Source: Lytechinus pictus
Lineage: Eukaryota
DNA: 64,000 nt
Assembly (NCBI RefSeq): GCF_037042905.1
Contig: NC_087252.1
Span: 27,406,001-27,470,000 of the forward strand
Direction of reading: 5' to 3'
In this document: positions 50,401 to 64,000 of the stretch, piece by piece
Layout of the letters: every line of letters starts with the position of its first letter
Position numbering within the stretch: position 1 is the stretch's first letter
Program-made: the position numbers and the translations under genes
Notes under the pieces: model-generated
Seen by the model: the letters and a program-made list of their open reading frames with translations, nothing else
The model's database searches: none
Told to the model about the DNA's origin: nothing

Positions 50401-53400
50401 ATAAAGGCTTACAATCTTACAAAATGGTTATATTAGTATTCTTTCAATTAATTTTAACCTAAAATAAAATGATATGTTCCATTCACATATTAAGAAAATG
50501 AGCAAAATGCGATTTGTTCCAAAATCGGATCGCGAACAGTCGTAAGGTGTGCGGTGGCCTTTACACTGATATGCATGGGGATTTCCAGGGCTCTAATGAG
50601 CATTTCGGGGGCTAAATCGCCCCCAAACCCCCTAGTAACTTTTTTGCTGCTATTTTTGCTCCCCCCCCCCATTTACACTGTTCGAATTTGCTTCATACCT
50701 CTTGTGGCGGTGCTGCCAGCTGCTCCTCTTCCTCTCCCGCCCCTCCCCCTGCCACGCCCTCTGGTGGACATGGAGGAGGCGTCCCCATTGCCTGTCACCA
50801 TGCTGTCGTCATCACTGTCTCCGCCATAGTCCTGGGAGTAGGCATCTGGTCTCTGACTTCGATCTTCATCAATGGCCTAAGGTTGGTGAGATTTTATCAG
50901 AAATTAATGATTATGACAATAATTATTCAAAAAAATGTTGCAACAGGCAGGGCACAAACAAACTACAACCATAGGGGGTTGTTTATTGTGGGGGGGGGGG
51001 CCAAAAAATCCTGTGGCCAAATACATGTACATCAATGCCTCATTACAGACCTTTTGCAGGGAAGTGTAAATTGAACAAGATTAGACTGAGAGGAATGCCT
51101 AGAATCAAATTTCCTCATACAAAAATGGTAAAATATGACTAAGAGCCCATCAAATAGGTATTTTGCATCTGCCATTCCCCCTCCCACTCTAAACTCCATC
51201 CTGCATCATTGCAAATCTATGCACGCCACGGGCCGCTGAATGCTTTTGAAAGTGGGGCGGGGGGCTGACCATGCAAAAAATCACAATAAGATGGTAATTT
51301 TTACATTTTTTAACACTGTTTTGGAAAAAAGGTGGAGGGAGGCTGAAGCCCACCCAGCCATCCCTACCCCCCCCCCCTCCGCCAGCCCCTGCACATCTCA
51401 AGATGTAACTTACCAAAGAATGCATGTTTTTAAATCTATTTAACATTGTAGCCAAAAGCTAGAAGTCATGTATATTGTGTGCTTCTTAAAGAGTTCAATT
51501 CATCGTTCACTTCCAATAGCTTTCAAATAGAAAATAAACAACTCTCACTTACTGCTTTGACTTCACTGGTGACGTCTGCTTCACTCATTTGTCTTCTCTC
51601 CTCTTTAAATCGATGCAGCTATGAAAAAAAGTACAATCACAAGCAAAATTGATAATCAGCTCTGAAGAATGGCAAATACTGGCAAAGGGTCTCAGTATCT
51701 TGATGAAATCTTGAATACATAATCTTTGAAGAACAAAAAAAAAGGAAAATTGTACAGCCACAATCAAATCATCAATCATCATTTATGACTTACAAATATT
51801 CCTAATGAGTCTACGTAATTTTGTCAATACTTGAATAATCTTTAGCTTTATTTTTTAGGGCCTTATCAGAGCATGCAGAGCCATGCAGCCAATATTCCTC
51901 GGTGCTCCGAAGTCACTTTAAAACAATTACAAACAGAAAGAAGAATTTGTTAGAACGCATAAGGAGTGCTTGTTGTTCACATGTGGTTATCTCCAATAAA
52001 ATGGGTTAAAAGCAACGACAGGTTAAATTTTTTTAGATGATCAGAAATGGGCACACATGGGGATAGATTTACTATGCGATTCATAAAGGTATGATCAATA
52101 TCTACAAATGTAACCCTTAATTCAATTAAATCTACATCAAACATTCCCCCCCCCCCCGATCATGAATTCCTACCTCGACGTCGATGTGATCTTCCGTTGT
52201 TCTCCTGGTCTTGAGTTGACCCTGAGTTTGCGTGAGCTGGTGCTTAACGAGAGCTTGGATAGCTTCCTTCTCTTCCTTATCAACGTATTCCCGGACAGCT
52301 TGGCCCAAACCCTTCTCTGACAAGAGTTCCAGCTGCTTTGACTACATATAAACAAAGATCAAAGATATATAAATATGTATTCCACAAGGGCTTGGCCCAC
52401 ACCCTTTCTGACAACAGTTCAGGCTGCTTTTACTACAAGCAAATGAAAGATGATTAATAACATTAATACAAACGGAGTTGATAGTATTCTGCATAAGGAA
52501 TATAGTTAACATCATTTATTTGGCATGAAACCTTACTTAAACTTTACGCTAGAAAGGTTCTCAAAGTATATATCTTTATACAATTCATCATTTTACATTA
52601 CACAAAACCAGCTAAACAAATATATTATTTCTATTTTAATGAAACAATGTTCCTTGACCCGAACTCCCTGTCTAATAGATCACATTTCTCTTTTAGGAAC
52701 TGTTCTGAATAGTATTAAATTAATGATATAAACCTTCCAAGCATTCATCTATAGTTGGACTACTACAAGTAAAAATGCCTTTCCAGAGGATCACTGATGC
52801 TATACCAGGTATTTAAATCATGATATTTGCATTGCCAATAAGTGAAAAATATCATTAGGACTACTTATTCTAAGGTTAATTTTACCTCTTCTGTTTCTGA
52901 GAAATACTTCCGGACAAGGTCTTCAACTCTTTCAGTTTCCAGAGCTTCTGGCTTGAGGAACTCGCCCAAGTCTTCTCCAGGTTTGGTATCTACAATAAAG
53001 GTGAAAGTAAAATTTAGTCCTTGAAACGCAGTGCACATGACACCTCCTCTGCACATCCATCTGACCATCCTCATCTCAGGATCTACAAAACAAAAAAATC
53101 CAGCTCACCTTCTTTCTTGAGTTGTACCCTTCTCTTTGTAAAGCGGATAAGATCCTTGGTGTTTGCCACCCGACCAACAAACTTCTGACCAAAGCGATTA
53201 ACATTGAATGTATCGAATCCCCCGCTGTAGTCCACCTACGGAGAAAACAGTCATTTAGACTAAAGATTATGCACAAAGAAATTTCAACCTGATAACTCTC
53301 AAATATTGCATTGTTAGTGAGGTTATCAAGGTACTTAGAACTTGCCAATTCAATTATCAACAAAAATCTATAAAACCTTGGGAAATCTAGAATAAAGCAG

Positions 53401-56400
53401 CTTTCAAAGATTATATCATGAAGCTTAAAGCTAAATGACAGTAGTTGCAGTAAAATACTGATTTTGTGAGAAAGTCTGTAAAACCAAGGTTAAGTATTAC
53501 TATATCATCGTGGATCTAGATCTGGTACAGTTACATTGATTGATTGATTGATTGCATTTATTCTTTTTCATTCCAAAAGTTAACAAAAGTTACAATGTAT
53601 AGCAAAACACAAAAATATAATATACAGAAATGAAAAAAGGGAACCCACTGGAAAGCAAAGCTTGTTAGTATGGGTTCCCTGCAATAAATAGTTAATTAAA
53701 GTATATCTTTGATCAATGAAATTCAAATTGTAAATTAAAAAGGTTTGTACAATGAAAAAGAATACTAGTGGGGTCAAGCTTTTTATGCCTACTATGTTAC
53801 AATTAACATAAAATATTATATCATATATACCCCTGCTGTATGAAAAAAAACATGAGTTCAGGAGTGTGTGAACAGACAATCACTTGGACAAGACAGGACA
53901 AATACTAAAAGCAAAAAAAAGACACAAACAAAAAAGGCACACAAACAAAAACAAAACAGGACAGAACAGGACAAGACAGAAAAAAAAGGAAAAGAAACAA
54001 AACAAAACACACTACAAAACATAGACAAACAGGAAAATAAGAAAAGCAATAGAACTAGACATTAAGGTGATAGGAAGAGAGAGAGAGAAAAAAAGAAATG
54101 TGAGAGGGAGGGGGAAAGAGAAGAAGGAAGAAAATAAGAAGGGAAGAAGAACAAGAGGTGGTAGCTGCTTATACAGAAATGTTTGAGTTCTGGGGTTTAT
54201 ACCCAAGGATAAGAATTTTCTTTAACCCTCGACTGAAACTTAAATGTGTTGGTTTGTTACGTAATGATTCTATAAGGGAGTTCCAAAGTTTGATACCTGT
54301 AAAAATAAATGTTTTATTTAAAAGGATGGTTCTAGCTCTTGGTGGATGAAAGAGCCCGGCGGACCTAGTAGGATAATGATGAATATCAACATTTTTTGTA
54401 AACAGGGAATACAAAATATTTGGAAATTCATTTTTATCTAAACTATACATCAGTTTTCCGAGATTGTATCGATACAAGTCACCAATCTTCAAAATATCAT
54501 ATTTATAGAAAAGTTTGTCAGTGTGTGAACGAAAATCTGCATGACAAATAATACAAATAGCCTTTTTCTGTAAAAGTAAAATTCTGTTCAGGAGGCAGTC
54601 AGCACAATTCCCCCATGCTGTTATACCGTAGTTTAAATGAGGCAGGATCAAAGTTGAATACAAATTAAATAGTATATGAGTGGGAAAGAAAAATTTTACT
54701 TTGTTTATGATACCAATATTTCTCGAAATAATTTTACAAATGGTCATTTTCAAACGTGTGTGACACGACAATTGGAGAAAGTTAAGGGCTCATATCTTTA
54801 AACTTAAAGGTTATGAATCAATCATGACTACCCTATTATGTACAATGCAGGACTGGCATGGGCCACTACCAGTTTGATTTGAATGCTACAATTTGTTTAG
54901 TAGATATGATTGAAAAATGATGCGTGAGTGACACGACAAATTTTGGACATGGGTTTCTGACCATTATCACTTATGATTGGATTCGTGCCCAAGTAGCGGT
55001 CCAGGAGTACTGTGAGTACCCATACATGTACGTAAATAGTGTACCTATCTAGCACATATAGTCAGAATCAATCAAACCTTCTCTATGGAAAATGGTGCCC
55101 TCCTATATACCGTGAGTGACACGACATCCAAAACGTGAGTGACACGACAAGTGCAAAAATACAACATATATCTCAACAACGAAAGTATTTTTGGCATGAT
55201 TTACAAGAGTTAAATCCCATCAACCAAAAAACAAGCTTAATTACATAACACCTGCCTTTTCAAAGTTGATAATGTGTCATCCTAATGATTTATTCTTGGT
55301 TTATTATGGTCATATTTGCCCATCAACTCACATTCCCTATACCATACCGCATTATTGTCACACTCGGGCTTCTACCACTCTCCTCTTTGGAGGAGGAGGC
55401 ACTTGAAGGAGGTGTTATGTGGTCTTGGCATTGACATCAACTCAAACATTCTTTTTGTGGCCTGATTTCATTCAAAACTTTAACTCTTTATCTGTATTTG
55501 ACAGTTTACAATTCAGCATCCACAAATTATGGAATATTTTTTCCTTGTAAGAAAGGTATTCTCAATAGTCACTCGCACCATCTGGCATGGTTTGGTAGCC
55601 AATGATGTCATGTATGACTCCTTTTTCTTGAAATATTGGATTACAATATTATCCTCCTTAAATATTTTAGGCCTTGTCCAAATAGGACTTGGCAGCTTCA
55701 ATGTCTTTTTTTGTACACTGTACCAAACCACAGTTACTTGGCTGCACACTTCAGATAGATAAATCCGTGAGAAACTTTAATAGGGATCAAGTTCAACTCA
55801 TCAAGCATTGGTTTTCTCCTGAACATTGCTTGTATGTGGACCCCACCAAAGGTACTGTACCAAAATTCAGAGTTATGATTTTTTAGCAGGAATCTTGCAA
55901 GCTGTTTTTCATTGCTAATTATCATATCTGATAATAAACCAAACCACAAGTAATACATGGAAAGCCACGAGGTGAAAGACACATAGTTAGTACCTGATTC
56001 TTGCAAAAAGCCACAGCACAGTCTGTTTAGTATTACCTACATGTACAACTTCATATCATTAGCCTTTCCTTTGATGAGCCCTTGGATGTTACACTGAAAT
56101 TCAATTCAGCATCCCCAACCATCAAATACTCCCCCTATACCTCTATAGCTTTTTCCCACGAGGTCCAGCTCAGTTCTAACCAGGGTACCCCCCAAGAAAA
56201 ATTGATCTACATGAAAACAAGGCAACTCACCAAAGTTGCTTAAATGCAAATTTTCAGTCTTGGTTGGGACTTGTTGGTACCTACCTAATTTACTCTATCA
56301 ATTTTTGTGTGTAATGCAAATCTGCTCTGAACCCACATTGGCCCGCTCACGGTAGTTTGCTGTGTAGACCCTAGTTCATCACTAGGGGTATGAATGGTGG

Positions 56401-59400
56401 CCGAACAAAGAATGATTTTGAACCAGGCATGTAGCTACTTCAAGCAATATCCAGAATGCTCTTTAAATCTCAGTGTATTCTCACCTGAGATGTTCTTGCA
56501 AAATAATTGTTTATTTCATGTCCTCGAACACATGCTTTGTGGCAAAAAAGGTTAATTTTAATTAATCAGAAGGAAAGAGGTTTTTCTGATTTTGAAAGAA
56601 TGTTTGGTGTTCACAGAGATTTCTTCATACTCTTTTCTACCATAAGAATATTCTATCTATTTCTGCAAATTTCAAAATAAGATCCCTGACCTTGTTACAT
56701 GTAGCTTTAAACCTTTCTTAATTAGTAAGACAAAGAAATAACATTCCTAAAAAGATAGGTGAACGTTCTGCTCATTTCTGTAAATGGAGACAGAGAATGT
56801 TCAAGTCATACCTGACTAACTTGAACCATCGCCAAATCTTTATGCACTATAAATATGTTCATTACTATGTATAGTGGTTTTCTCTTGATATATTCATAAT
56901 TTTGTGTTGATTGATTATGTTATATTCTTTTATCTCAGTACATCATTAAAATATGAATTAGGATCCGAGTCTTCACACGAATGGAAAGTTGTCAGGATTT
57001 TTGAAACTGAGGAAACCATGGAGAGGAAAGAAAATAGATGAACTCAACGTCAAATTCAATATTTCCATTGATAGGGGTGAAGTTGGGAAAATGGAAAAAA
57101 ATATTAGCCTTTCATAGGCCTAAATTATGTCAGGAACAACATTTTGACTCCATCCCTGAATTTATCTTGTAAAATGCTTTAAAAATTATTAAATGTCCTT
57201 TTTTTATACACAATATGAGACCGTGAGTGACACGACATTTCGTGAGTGACACGACATTGTGAGTGACACGACACAACTTTAACAGTTAATTATAGCTTAA
57301 CCTTAACACATTGGACCAAGTTACTTTATATACAATAAGGTATGGGAAAACTGTATTTGCTCCTGTACTGGGATAAATTAATTTTCAGAATACACAGGTC
57401 TAGAAAACTTTTTGTCTTTTAAACGTGAGTGACACGACATCCAGTTTTGAAAACTTTAAAGATCTACTTTTTTCAAAAAAACACTTCAGATAATTTTTTT
57501 TTCTTACTTAGGAGTTAGATACAATACAGAACTTGTATCTTACCAACAAATAGGCTTCTAATACAAATTTTATCTTGTGATAGGCAATATGTGAATTTTA
57601 ATGCAAAAATCAGCATTTTGTAACATTAAATTTCCCTTGCACTAAATTCACTGTATTTCCAGACAAAATTAATAATTTTATGTAACTGAAATGAAAAAAC
57701 ATACTTTGAGATGTCTAGTTTAAAAAACCATTGAAGCCTACTGATTTTGAGCAAGTTTTAATTTTCACCCCCATGTCCACTTATGTTTGAAAATGACCAA
57801 ATGTGATCAACGTGTTCTTTCCAGGAAAGATTATTATCAATGGTTACCCCAAGAAATTTAGTACTGCCAACTCTTTGTAAATTAGTATTTTCGAAAATTA
57901 TATTACCTGGAAGTTCATCTATGATATTACTAAAGAGCATATAATTTGTTTTTTGGAGATTAAGGGATAGTTTATTAGCTTTGATCCATTCAGAAACATG
58001 TACTAGTTTGTGATTAATGGTGGCAAGCAAATGGCGTGGATCCTTATGGGAGAAAAAAATATTAGAATCGTCAGCAAACAAAATAAAGGATAAATTATTG
58101 GATGACTTACAAAAATCATTTATGTATATTAGAAAAAGTAGGGGACCCAAAATAGAGCCTTGCGGAACCCCACAAGTAACAAGTTTTGTTTCGGAGTTAA
58201 AGTTTTCGAAAGAGACAAATTGTTTTCTATTGTCTAGGTAGTTCCTGAACCACTCCAAGGCTATTCCCCTGACTCCATAGTAATGATTAATGGTATCAAA
58301 AGCCTTGGAGAAGTCCAGGAACACCCCAACAGTATGCTGAAACTTGTCGATTCCGCTGGCAATCTTATCAACAATTGTTAATAATGCATGTGTAGTATTA
58401 TGATTTTCACGAAAACCAATTGCAAGGGATAAAATAAATCATGCAAATTAAAGAATTTCGTCGTACGAACAAATATCAATTTTTCAAGTACTTTAGACAA
58501 ACAGGTCAGCAGTGATATGGGTCGATAATTACCTAACGCAGTACTGTCACCTTTTTTAAATACAGGTATAACTCGAGCTAGTTTCAGCGATGAAGGAACA
58601 ATCCCAGTAGACATACATAAATTATAGATATATGCCAAGGGTTTAACAATGGTATTAAAATTCTTTTTTAACAAAATGTTACTGATGCCATCATGTCCCG
58701 AGCTTTGCTTATTTTTTAAGCCATGAATTATATCCGCAATTTCTGCCTCATCTGTAGAAGAAAAATATATTGAATTTGGGTTGGGGTCATGAGGAAAATC
58801 AGTAAAGTGTTTTGTAGAGTCTGGAATGAGTCTGGCAAGATTTGGGCCTATACTGGAAAAATAATCCTTAAAAGTGTTGGCCAAAGCAAGTGGATTTTCT
58901 ATAATTTCGCCATCAACATTTATTTTTGAAACAATAGATTTTTTTAAATTACCATGCAAAACATTCTTAATTATTTTCCAGGTATTTTGTGTATCATTTT
59001 TGAATAATTGAAACTGATTACAAAAATACTTTTTTTTACTTTTCCTTAGTATACCAGTAAGAATGTTCTTGTAATCTTTGTACTTTTTCTTGTTCTTATC
59101 ACATAGTTTAACAATTGATTTCAAATAAAGATTATTCTTCCTGTTAATGGATCGTAAAATACCCTTGGAGACCCATGGGGACCTTGGAATCTTTTTGTAG
59201 TTAGATTTTTTTTGCGGATTAAAGGAAAACAGTGATCCATCTTAGAAGATGTTATGCTCATGAATGATTCAAAGGCATCATTTGCATTTTCTATAGTGTA
59301 GATTCCAGACCAGTCTGTGTTTTCTAGCTCTTGCATAAAATGTTCTATATTGTTTTCAGAAAAATCACGTTGTATGTGAAAAGAAGCCGAGTTTGCCGAG

Positions 59401-62400
59401 AAACCATTATTGAGTTGGAAATGGAGGAATATTGGAAAATGGTCAGATAGATCGGAAAGAATTATGCCAGATGACAGCGCAAGTCGTACATTTGTAAAGA
59501 CATCATCAATAAGACTGGCCGAGTTGGTAGAAATTCTGGTAGGTTTAGTAATTGCTGGTAAAAAACACGCAGTAAGAAATGAATCCATGAATTTTTGTAT
59601 GAATGCATCTGAATCATATTTTAAGAGGTCTGCATTAAAATCCCCTAGTAAAAAGCAGTTTTTATGAAGAATGATGGGGTGATTTAGTAATTCATTGAAA
59701 TTGTTCAAAAAGTCATCACGAAGATAGTTTGGAGGTCTGTAAATAACCCCAATTACAATGTTTTTATCATTTGCAATAACTACTTCAATAAATAAACTTT
59801 CTATAGAGTTATTCATGCGGTTCAATTCTGGCCTCAGCCTATACTCGTACCGTTCAGAAATATACAAACATATACCGCCACCTGTTTTTTCTGTCCTAGT
59901 ATTTGTAATAAAATCATAACCAGGAAGTGAAAAAAATGTTAAATCAGTTTCAGAAGTAAACCAGGTTTCTGACAAACCTATAACTGAACAGTTGAGTTTC
60001 GAATTAAGTAAAAGGGAATGCAAAGCATCAAAATTGTTATTGGCACTGCGAATATTGCAATGTAACATTAAAAAATCATCTTTCCTGTTGTTTAAATGTT
60101 TACTTGCAACTTGACTTTCTGAAAAATAATAGGAAGGTACATGCTGATAGGTACTATCATTTGGATCATCGGAGACAGAATCAAGATTATTGTTTTGGGA
60201 GTTCATGGACTGGGCAACGAAATTGTGAAAAGCTTTATTTGAATTTTCATTGAAATTGGTATCTAGATCAGACTGAAAAGCGTCGTATAATTCATCATTA
60301 TCCAAGTAGTGAAATGGAGCATTGGTGTTAGCAGCCATAATTAAGGAAAGAAAAGTGGAATAGAATTTGAAGAACAGTTACACAAAAAACAAGACAAAAC
60401 AGGACACACAGTTACACATGAACAATCACACAAAAAGGCAAAAAACGAGAAAAAACGGCAAATGTGCTTGATTGGCGGCAATAAACAATACATTAGGCAT
60501 TGGCCAGCTACCCCCAATTAACAAATAAATAGAAACCAAAAACAGATCCGAACAGGATCCTAAACAAACCGATGACATATCATGACCTTTTGGAATGATG
60601 GTCACCTTGGTTCAGAAACCAAAAAGAAATATACATCCCGGTTGAGAAAGTCCTCAAGAATCAAGATGTTTAACATTTATTCAAATAATGAAAGATGAAC
60701 TTAATAGAATTTGAGCATACATGCTTAGCATAAAGTCTGCAAAGACCTTCTACAGATTATAACTAAGTGCGTCATTCTAACCCTACAATTTAGGTAACAA
60801 TCAAATGTAAAAAAAAAAACCCGCAATGCTCGTGATTGCGAAGAATTCAAATCATAATCACATAGTGATTTCGTTGCCATGCGTGCAGAGCAATCAATAG
60901 CGAAATAACGGGTGCCGTACATATAAACTTGTCATTGCTATGAACGTCCGATGCAACATAAATACGGCAAGGAACCGAACCACACAAGAGCATGAGCAAA
61001 CCAGCACCCCTTGTATTATGAGCAAGAAAAAAATGATTTAAAGGGATAGAAAATGCTTGGATGTTCCAGGTATGATTGACGCACTGAGTGGGCCTACACA
61101 TAAAAAAAAAAATTATACAACGCTGTTCACCATATGAACCACACAGCAATCGCTCAACAAGTGTTTAAATCTTAAGCAACAAAGTTAATTTTCAATATCT
61201 GATCTTTATGAAATTAAACATGATTGTTCAAACGGTTAAACAAACACTGCAAGGTCCATACAGTAAACAGCGCCGTATAAAAAAACTGAACTTTGTGAAA
61301 TCATAATATCTATAAAGCTAAAAAACGATCACACTGAAGATCGCCAACACAGATAGGCACATGTGGGACAGTGTATTATTATTGCTGGAATAAAGACCCG
61401 ACGGAAGTGACAGAATCCGCGCTTATTTTGCTTATTTCTCAGCAATTACACAATTTCTTCCAGAATCCTTTGGCACATATTTTTTATTCATACAAACAGA
61501 CACTTTGGTGATCATTATATTAAATTCTGTAAAAAGTCATTTTGAGATCGTTCCCACAACTGGTTTCACCCAATGCCCATTAGAACTGGGAGGACGATGT
61601 AAAAAGACTAAAAAGATTTTAATTCGAATTTAAAACCAGTGAGTAAAGAACATATACGATGTAACAGCCAAGGGCATTTCTGGATGGGGAATCTCTCCCT
61701 CATATTTCAACAAATCTAGGGAGGATTGTGGCCCAGCAGATTAGCCCACCGCGGTCTAGCGTCCTTTGGCAAGGCGTTAATCCACACTTTGCCACTCTCG
61801 ACCCAGGTGCAAAATGGGTACCCGGTAGGACGAGAAAGATATTGTATGTTTGATTTTGCCAGCGCCATAATGAGGCTGCGATGAATGCAAGGAATGCTCC
61901 CCAGGGAGTGAAATTTGTGCACTTTTTCGTGCGGGATTGAAATGAATCCAATGACCGGGGTGATAATATGCTGTAACGCGCTTTGAGCCATTCTGGGAAA
62001 AGCGCTTTATAAAAATTAGCTATTATTATTATTATTAGTCTCCATACTTTGCAACAGAGGGCGGTGGGTTTCAATTCCAGCCATGGCTAATATCCTTCAG
62101 CAATAAATTGATCCACAGTTTGCTGCACTCAACGCAGGTGAGGTGAATGTACCATTTCTAGATAGATGGCACGATTTAAATACCTATTATTACAATATTA
62201 AATAATATCAAATAATATCAAAAGAAAGAGCATTAATAGATTAGATTATTTTATTTCAACATACACCTTAACAACGGTGGCACTCACACATTCACAGAGT
62301 ATATGGTGCGTTCATAGCAATAAAAACCATACAACATGCACTACAACATAAAAGGGCAGTAAAAGAAAAAAAAATCTTTTTTAAAAGAAAATTTAGGAAT

Positions 62401-62787
62401 ATTGGACAGCTACTTTGATAAAATAATCTACTGTGCAAAACAAAATAAATTGTACATTTCAAGTAATATTATTACGAAGATCATTATCAGGTGGAAATTT
62501 CTAAGCAGTTTTACCGATATAATGTAAGTGTTATCAACTACAAAGAGCAATTGGCATAGACTACCCTAGCATACATTAAAGGAAATAAGAGATCTACAAA
62601 CTTGCTTTAAGAGGTAAAAGTTTCTAAATATAAATCTCAATGATTAAATCTCTCTTTGAATAAACAATAGCTTCCGTCATGGAAACTAGAAAAAGTTTCA
62701 GCTTACCCTAAGTCGAATGAGAGGGAGGTCTGGCTGCTTTCTATTCCCTGTGTGCTCGTCGGCTGCTTTTTGTATCAAGGATTCAAC
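47406..62787 (-). CDS. MRE11: Double-strand break repair protein MRE11, 3' exons (5' part lies beyond the window)
   Basis: Exons 62707-62787 ([10 protein letters not shown]), 53109-53235 ([25 protein letters not shown]), 52886-52989 ([10 protein letters not shown]), 52174-52341 ([23 protein letters not shown]), 51553-51618, 50699-50876 and 49491-49648 ([16 protein letters not shown]), optional 49964-50008, 49146-49216, 48614-48650, 47406-47480 (DSDDPF...KRGRRY*). Phases are consistent. Confidence 0.93.
47545..48200. repeat. (GAA)n/(GAG)n polypurine microsatellite, about 650 bp
   Basis: Directly visible; lies in the last MRE11 intron. Confidence 0.97.
49225..49475. repeat. Degenerate (TCA)n microsatellite
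   Basis: Directly visible; fills an MRE11 intron. Confidence 0.9.
50149..50560. mobile_element. Harbinger-like MITE
   Basis: TAA|AGGCGACCGCACACCTTACGA...TCGTAAGGTGTGCGGTGGCCT|TTA. Confidence 0.7.
53537..61276 (-). mobile_element. LINE (CR1/L2/Crack-group) with APE endonuclease and RT, frameshifted and interrupted
   Basis: APE 59121-60338 (HCNIRS, LSETW, IYRPP, GDFN, SDHFPI). RT 57803-59124 ([31 protein letters not shown]), continuing at 54169-54741. Ends with AATAAA plus (AATC)n at 53537. Limits are set by the MITE it splits. Confidence 0.93.
54742..57798. mobile_element. 3.06-kb DNA transposon inserted in the LINE RT (Sola1-like, tentative)
   Basis: Perfect 14-bp TIR GGTCATTTTCAAAC and TSD AAAT. 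Removing it restores [17 protein letters not shown]. Internal GTGAGTGACACGACA repeats. Confidence 0.85.
61719..62037 (+). mobile_element. SINE
   Basis: Degenerate A-box-like head, core ACCCAGGTGCAAAATGGGTACC, 3' GCGCTTT...AAGCGCT and (TAT)n tail; related fragments near 31260 and 62050. Confidence 0.65.
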
Positions 62788-62861
62788 CTGCATAGAAAAC
62801 AGCAATAGACCTGTAATGAGAACTTGATTTTATTGTGACATGGCATTAGCTCCTGTCTTAA

Positions 62862-63464
62862 AGGACAAGTCCACCCCATCAAAAAGTTGATTTGAACAAA
62901 TAGAGAAAAATCCAAGAAGCATAACACTGAAAATGTCATCAAAATCGGATGTAAAATAGGAAAGTTATGACATTTTAAAGTTTTGCTAAATTTCACAAAA
63001 CAGTTATATGCACATCCTGGTCGGTATGCAAATGAGGGGACTGATGACGTCACTCACTCACTATTTCTTTTTTATTCTATTATATGATATATAAAATATT
63101 TTAATTTTCTCCTCATTGGAAGGTGAAACAAGTTTTCTTCCTCCATGTACATGGGGAATAACAATTGTTCTAACATTTAATGGTTCAGTAAAGCTGGTCA
63201 TTATTGTCAAATCTGTAAAAATGGAAATATTGTATAATTCAAACAATAAAAAACAAAAGAATTAGTGAGTGAGGGACATCATCGACTCTCTCATTTGCGT
63301 GTTGCCGAGTTGTGCATATAACTGTTTTGTGAAAAATAAGCGTAACTTTAAAATGTCATAACTTTCTTACTTTACATCCGATTTTGATGAAATTTTCAAT
63401 GTTATTCTTGTTTCATTTTTCTCTATTGATTAAAATCAACATTTTTCTGGGGTGGACTTGACCT
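62862..63464. mobile_element. TTAA-flanked MITE (Kolobok-like)
   Basis: TTAA|AGGACAAGTCCACCCC...GGGGTGGACTTGACCT|TTAA. Confidence 0.9.
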
Positions 63465-63468
63465 TTAA

Positions 63469-63863
63469 AGAGAAATTCCAGTAGTTGCAGTAAACACTGA
63501 TTTCATGAGAGAGTCTGTAAAACCAGGCTTAATTGTCAGTATATCATCGAGGATCTAGATCTGGTCCAGTTACATAAACCGAACTTTGTGAAATCTTGAA
63601 ATCTACGCTGAAAAATGTTCAGACTGAACTTCCCCAACACAGATAAGCGCACGTGGGACAGTGTATAATTATTGCTTTGAGCGTCGGGCCCGACGCTCTA
63701 CCCGAATCCTGTGCTTATTTGCTGATTTCTCAGCAATTACACAATTTCTTCCAGAATCCTTTGGCACATGCGTTTTATTTATACAAACAGACACTTTGGT
63801 GGTCATTTCATTGGATTCTGTACGAACTCATTTTGATATCGTTACCAAAACTAGCATTTACCT
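63469..63863. mobile_element. TTAA-flanked MITE
   Basis: TTAA|AGAGAAATTCCAGT...ACTAGCATTTACCT|TTAA. Confidence 0.75.
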
Positions 63864-63867
63864 TTAA

Positions 63868-64000
63868 CCCTTATTAATCTGGGGGGGGGGGGTCAATTTG
63901 ACCCCCCCCCCCCCTCGACAAATTTTGTCACTCCGCCGTCACGCCAAATGTTTTTACCGCACCGCTCGCTGACTTTTTACTTTCAAGTCTTGCCCATCTT
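63868..64000. mobile_element. Start of a possible piggyBac-like element
   Basis: TTAA|CCCT start followed by a G-run/C-run hairpin; the other end is outside the window. Confidence 0.4.

Larger units (their letters stand above)
53429..61563. mobile_element. TTAA-type MITE split by the LINE (halves 53429-53536 and ~61277-61563)
   Basis: The joined halves align with the intact copy at 63469-63863. Confidence 0.75.

Overview
AT-rich, intron-rich animal genomic DNA. The repeat families resemble those of an invertebrate deuterostome such as a sea urchin; this is inference. (1) The main feature is an 18-coding-exon minus-strand gene (35683->7675), assembled by hand with every GT-AG phase consistent, encoding about 1129 aa. 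Its architecture is: helical ARM/HEAT-like region resembling the VEPH1/Melted N-terminus, coiled coil, Death domain, TIR, TIR, and a basic tail ending in a CaaX box (CLLL). Both TIRs keep the helix-C glutamate used by NADase TIRs. (2) The 3' half of MRE11 lies on the minus strand (62787->47406). (3) The window start holds the end of a plus-strand ORF or exon with repeated tyrosine motifs. (4) Transposons are dense and often nested. A 9.4-kb Academ-like foldback packed with RFX X-box palindromes, itself containing a 2-kb foldback, fills the last intron of the TIR gene. Also present are a frameshifted Tc1, two LINEs, two related elements with AWWT target duplications, P-like elements, many MITEs and SINEs, and microsatellites. 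(5) A 72-nt tRNA-like cloverleaf has a UCA anticodon. All homology calls come from manual reading and recalled sequences; no searches were run.
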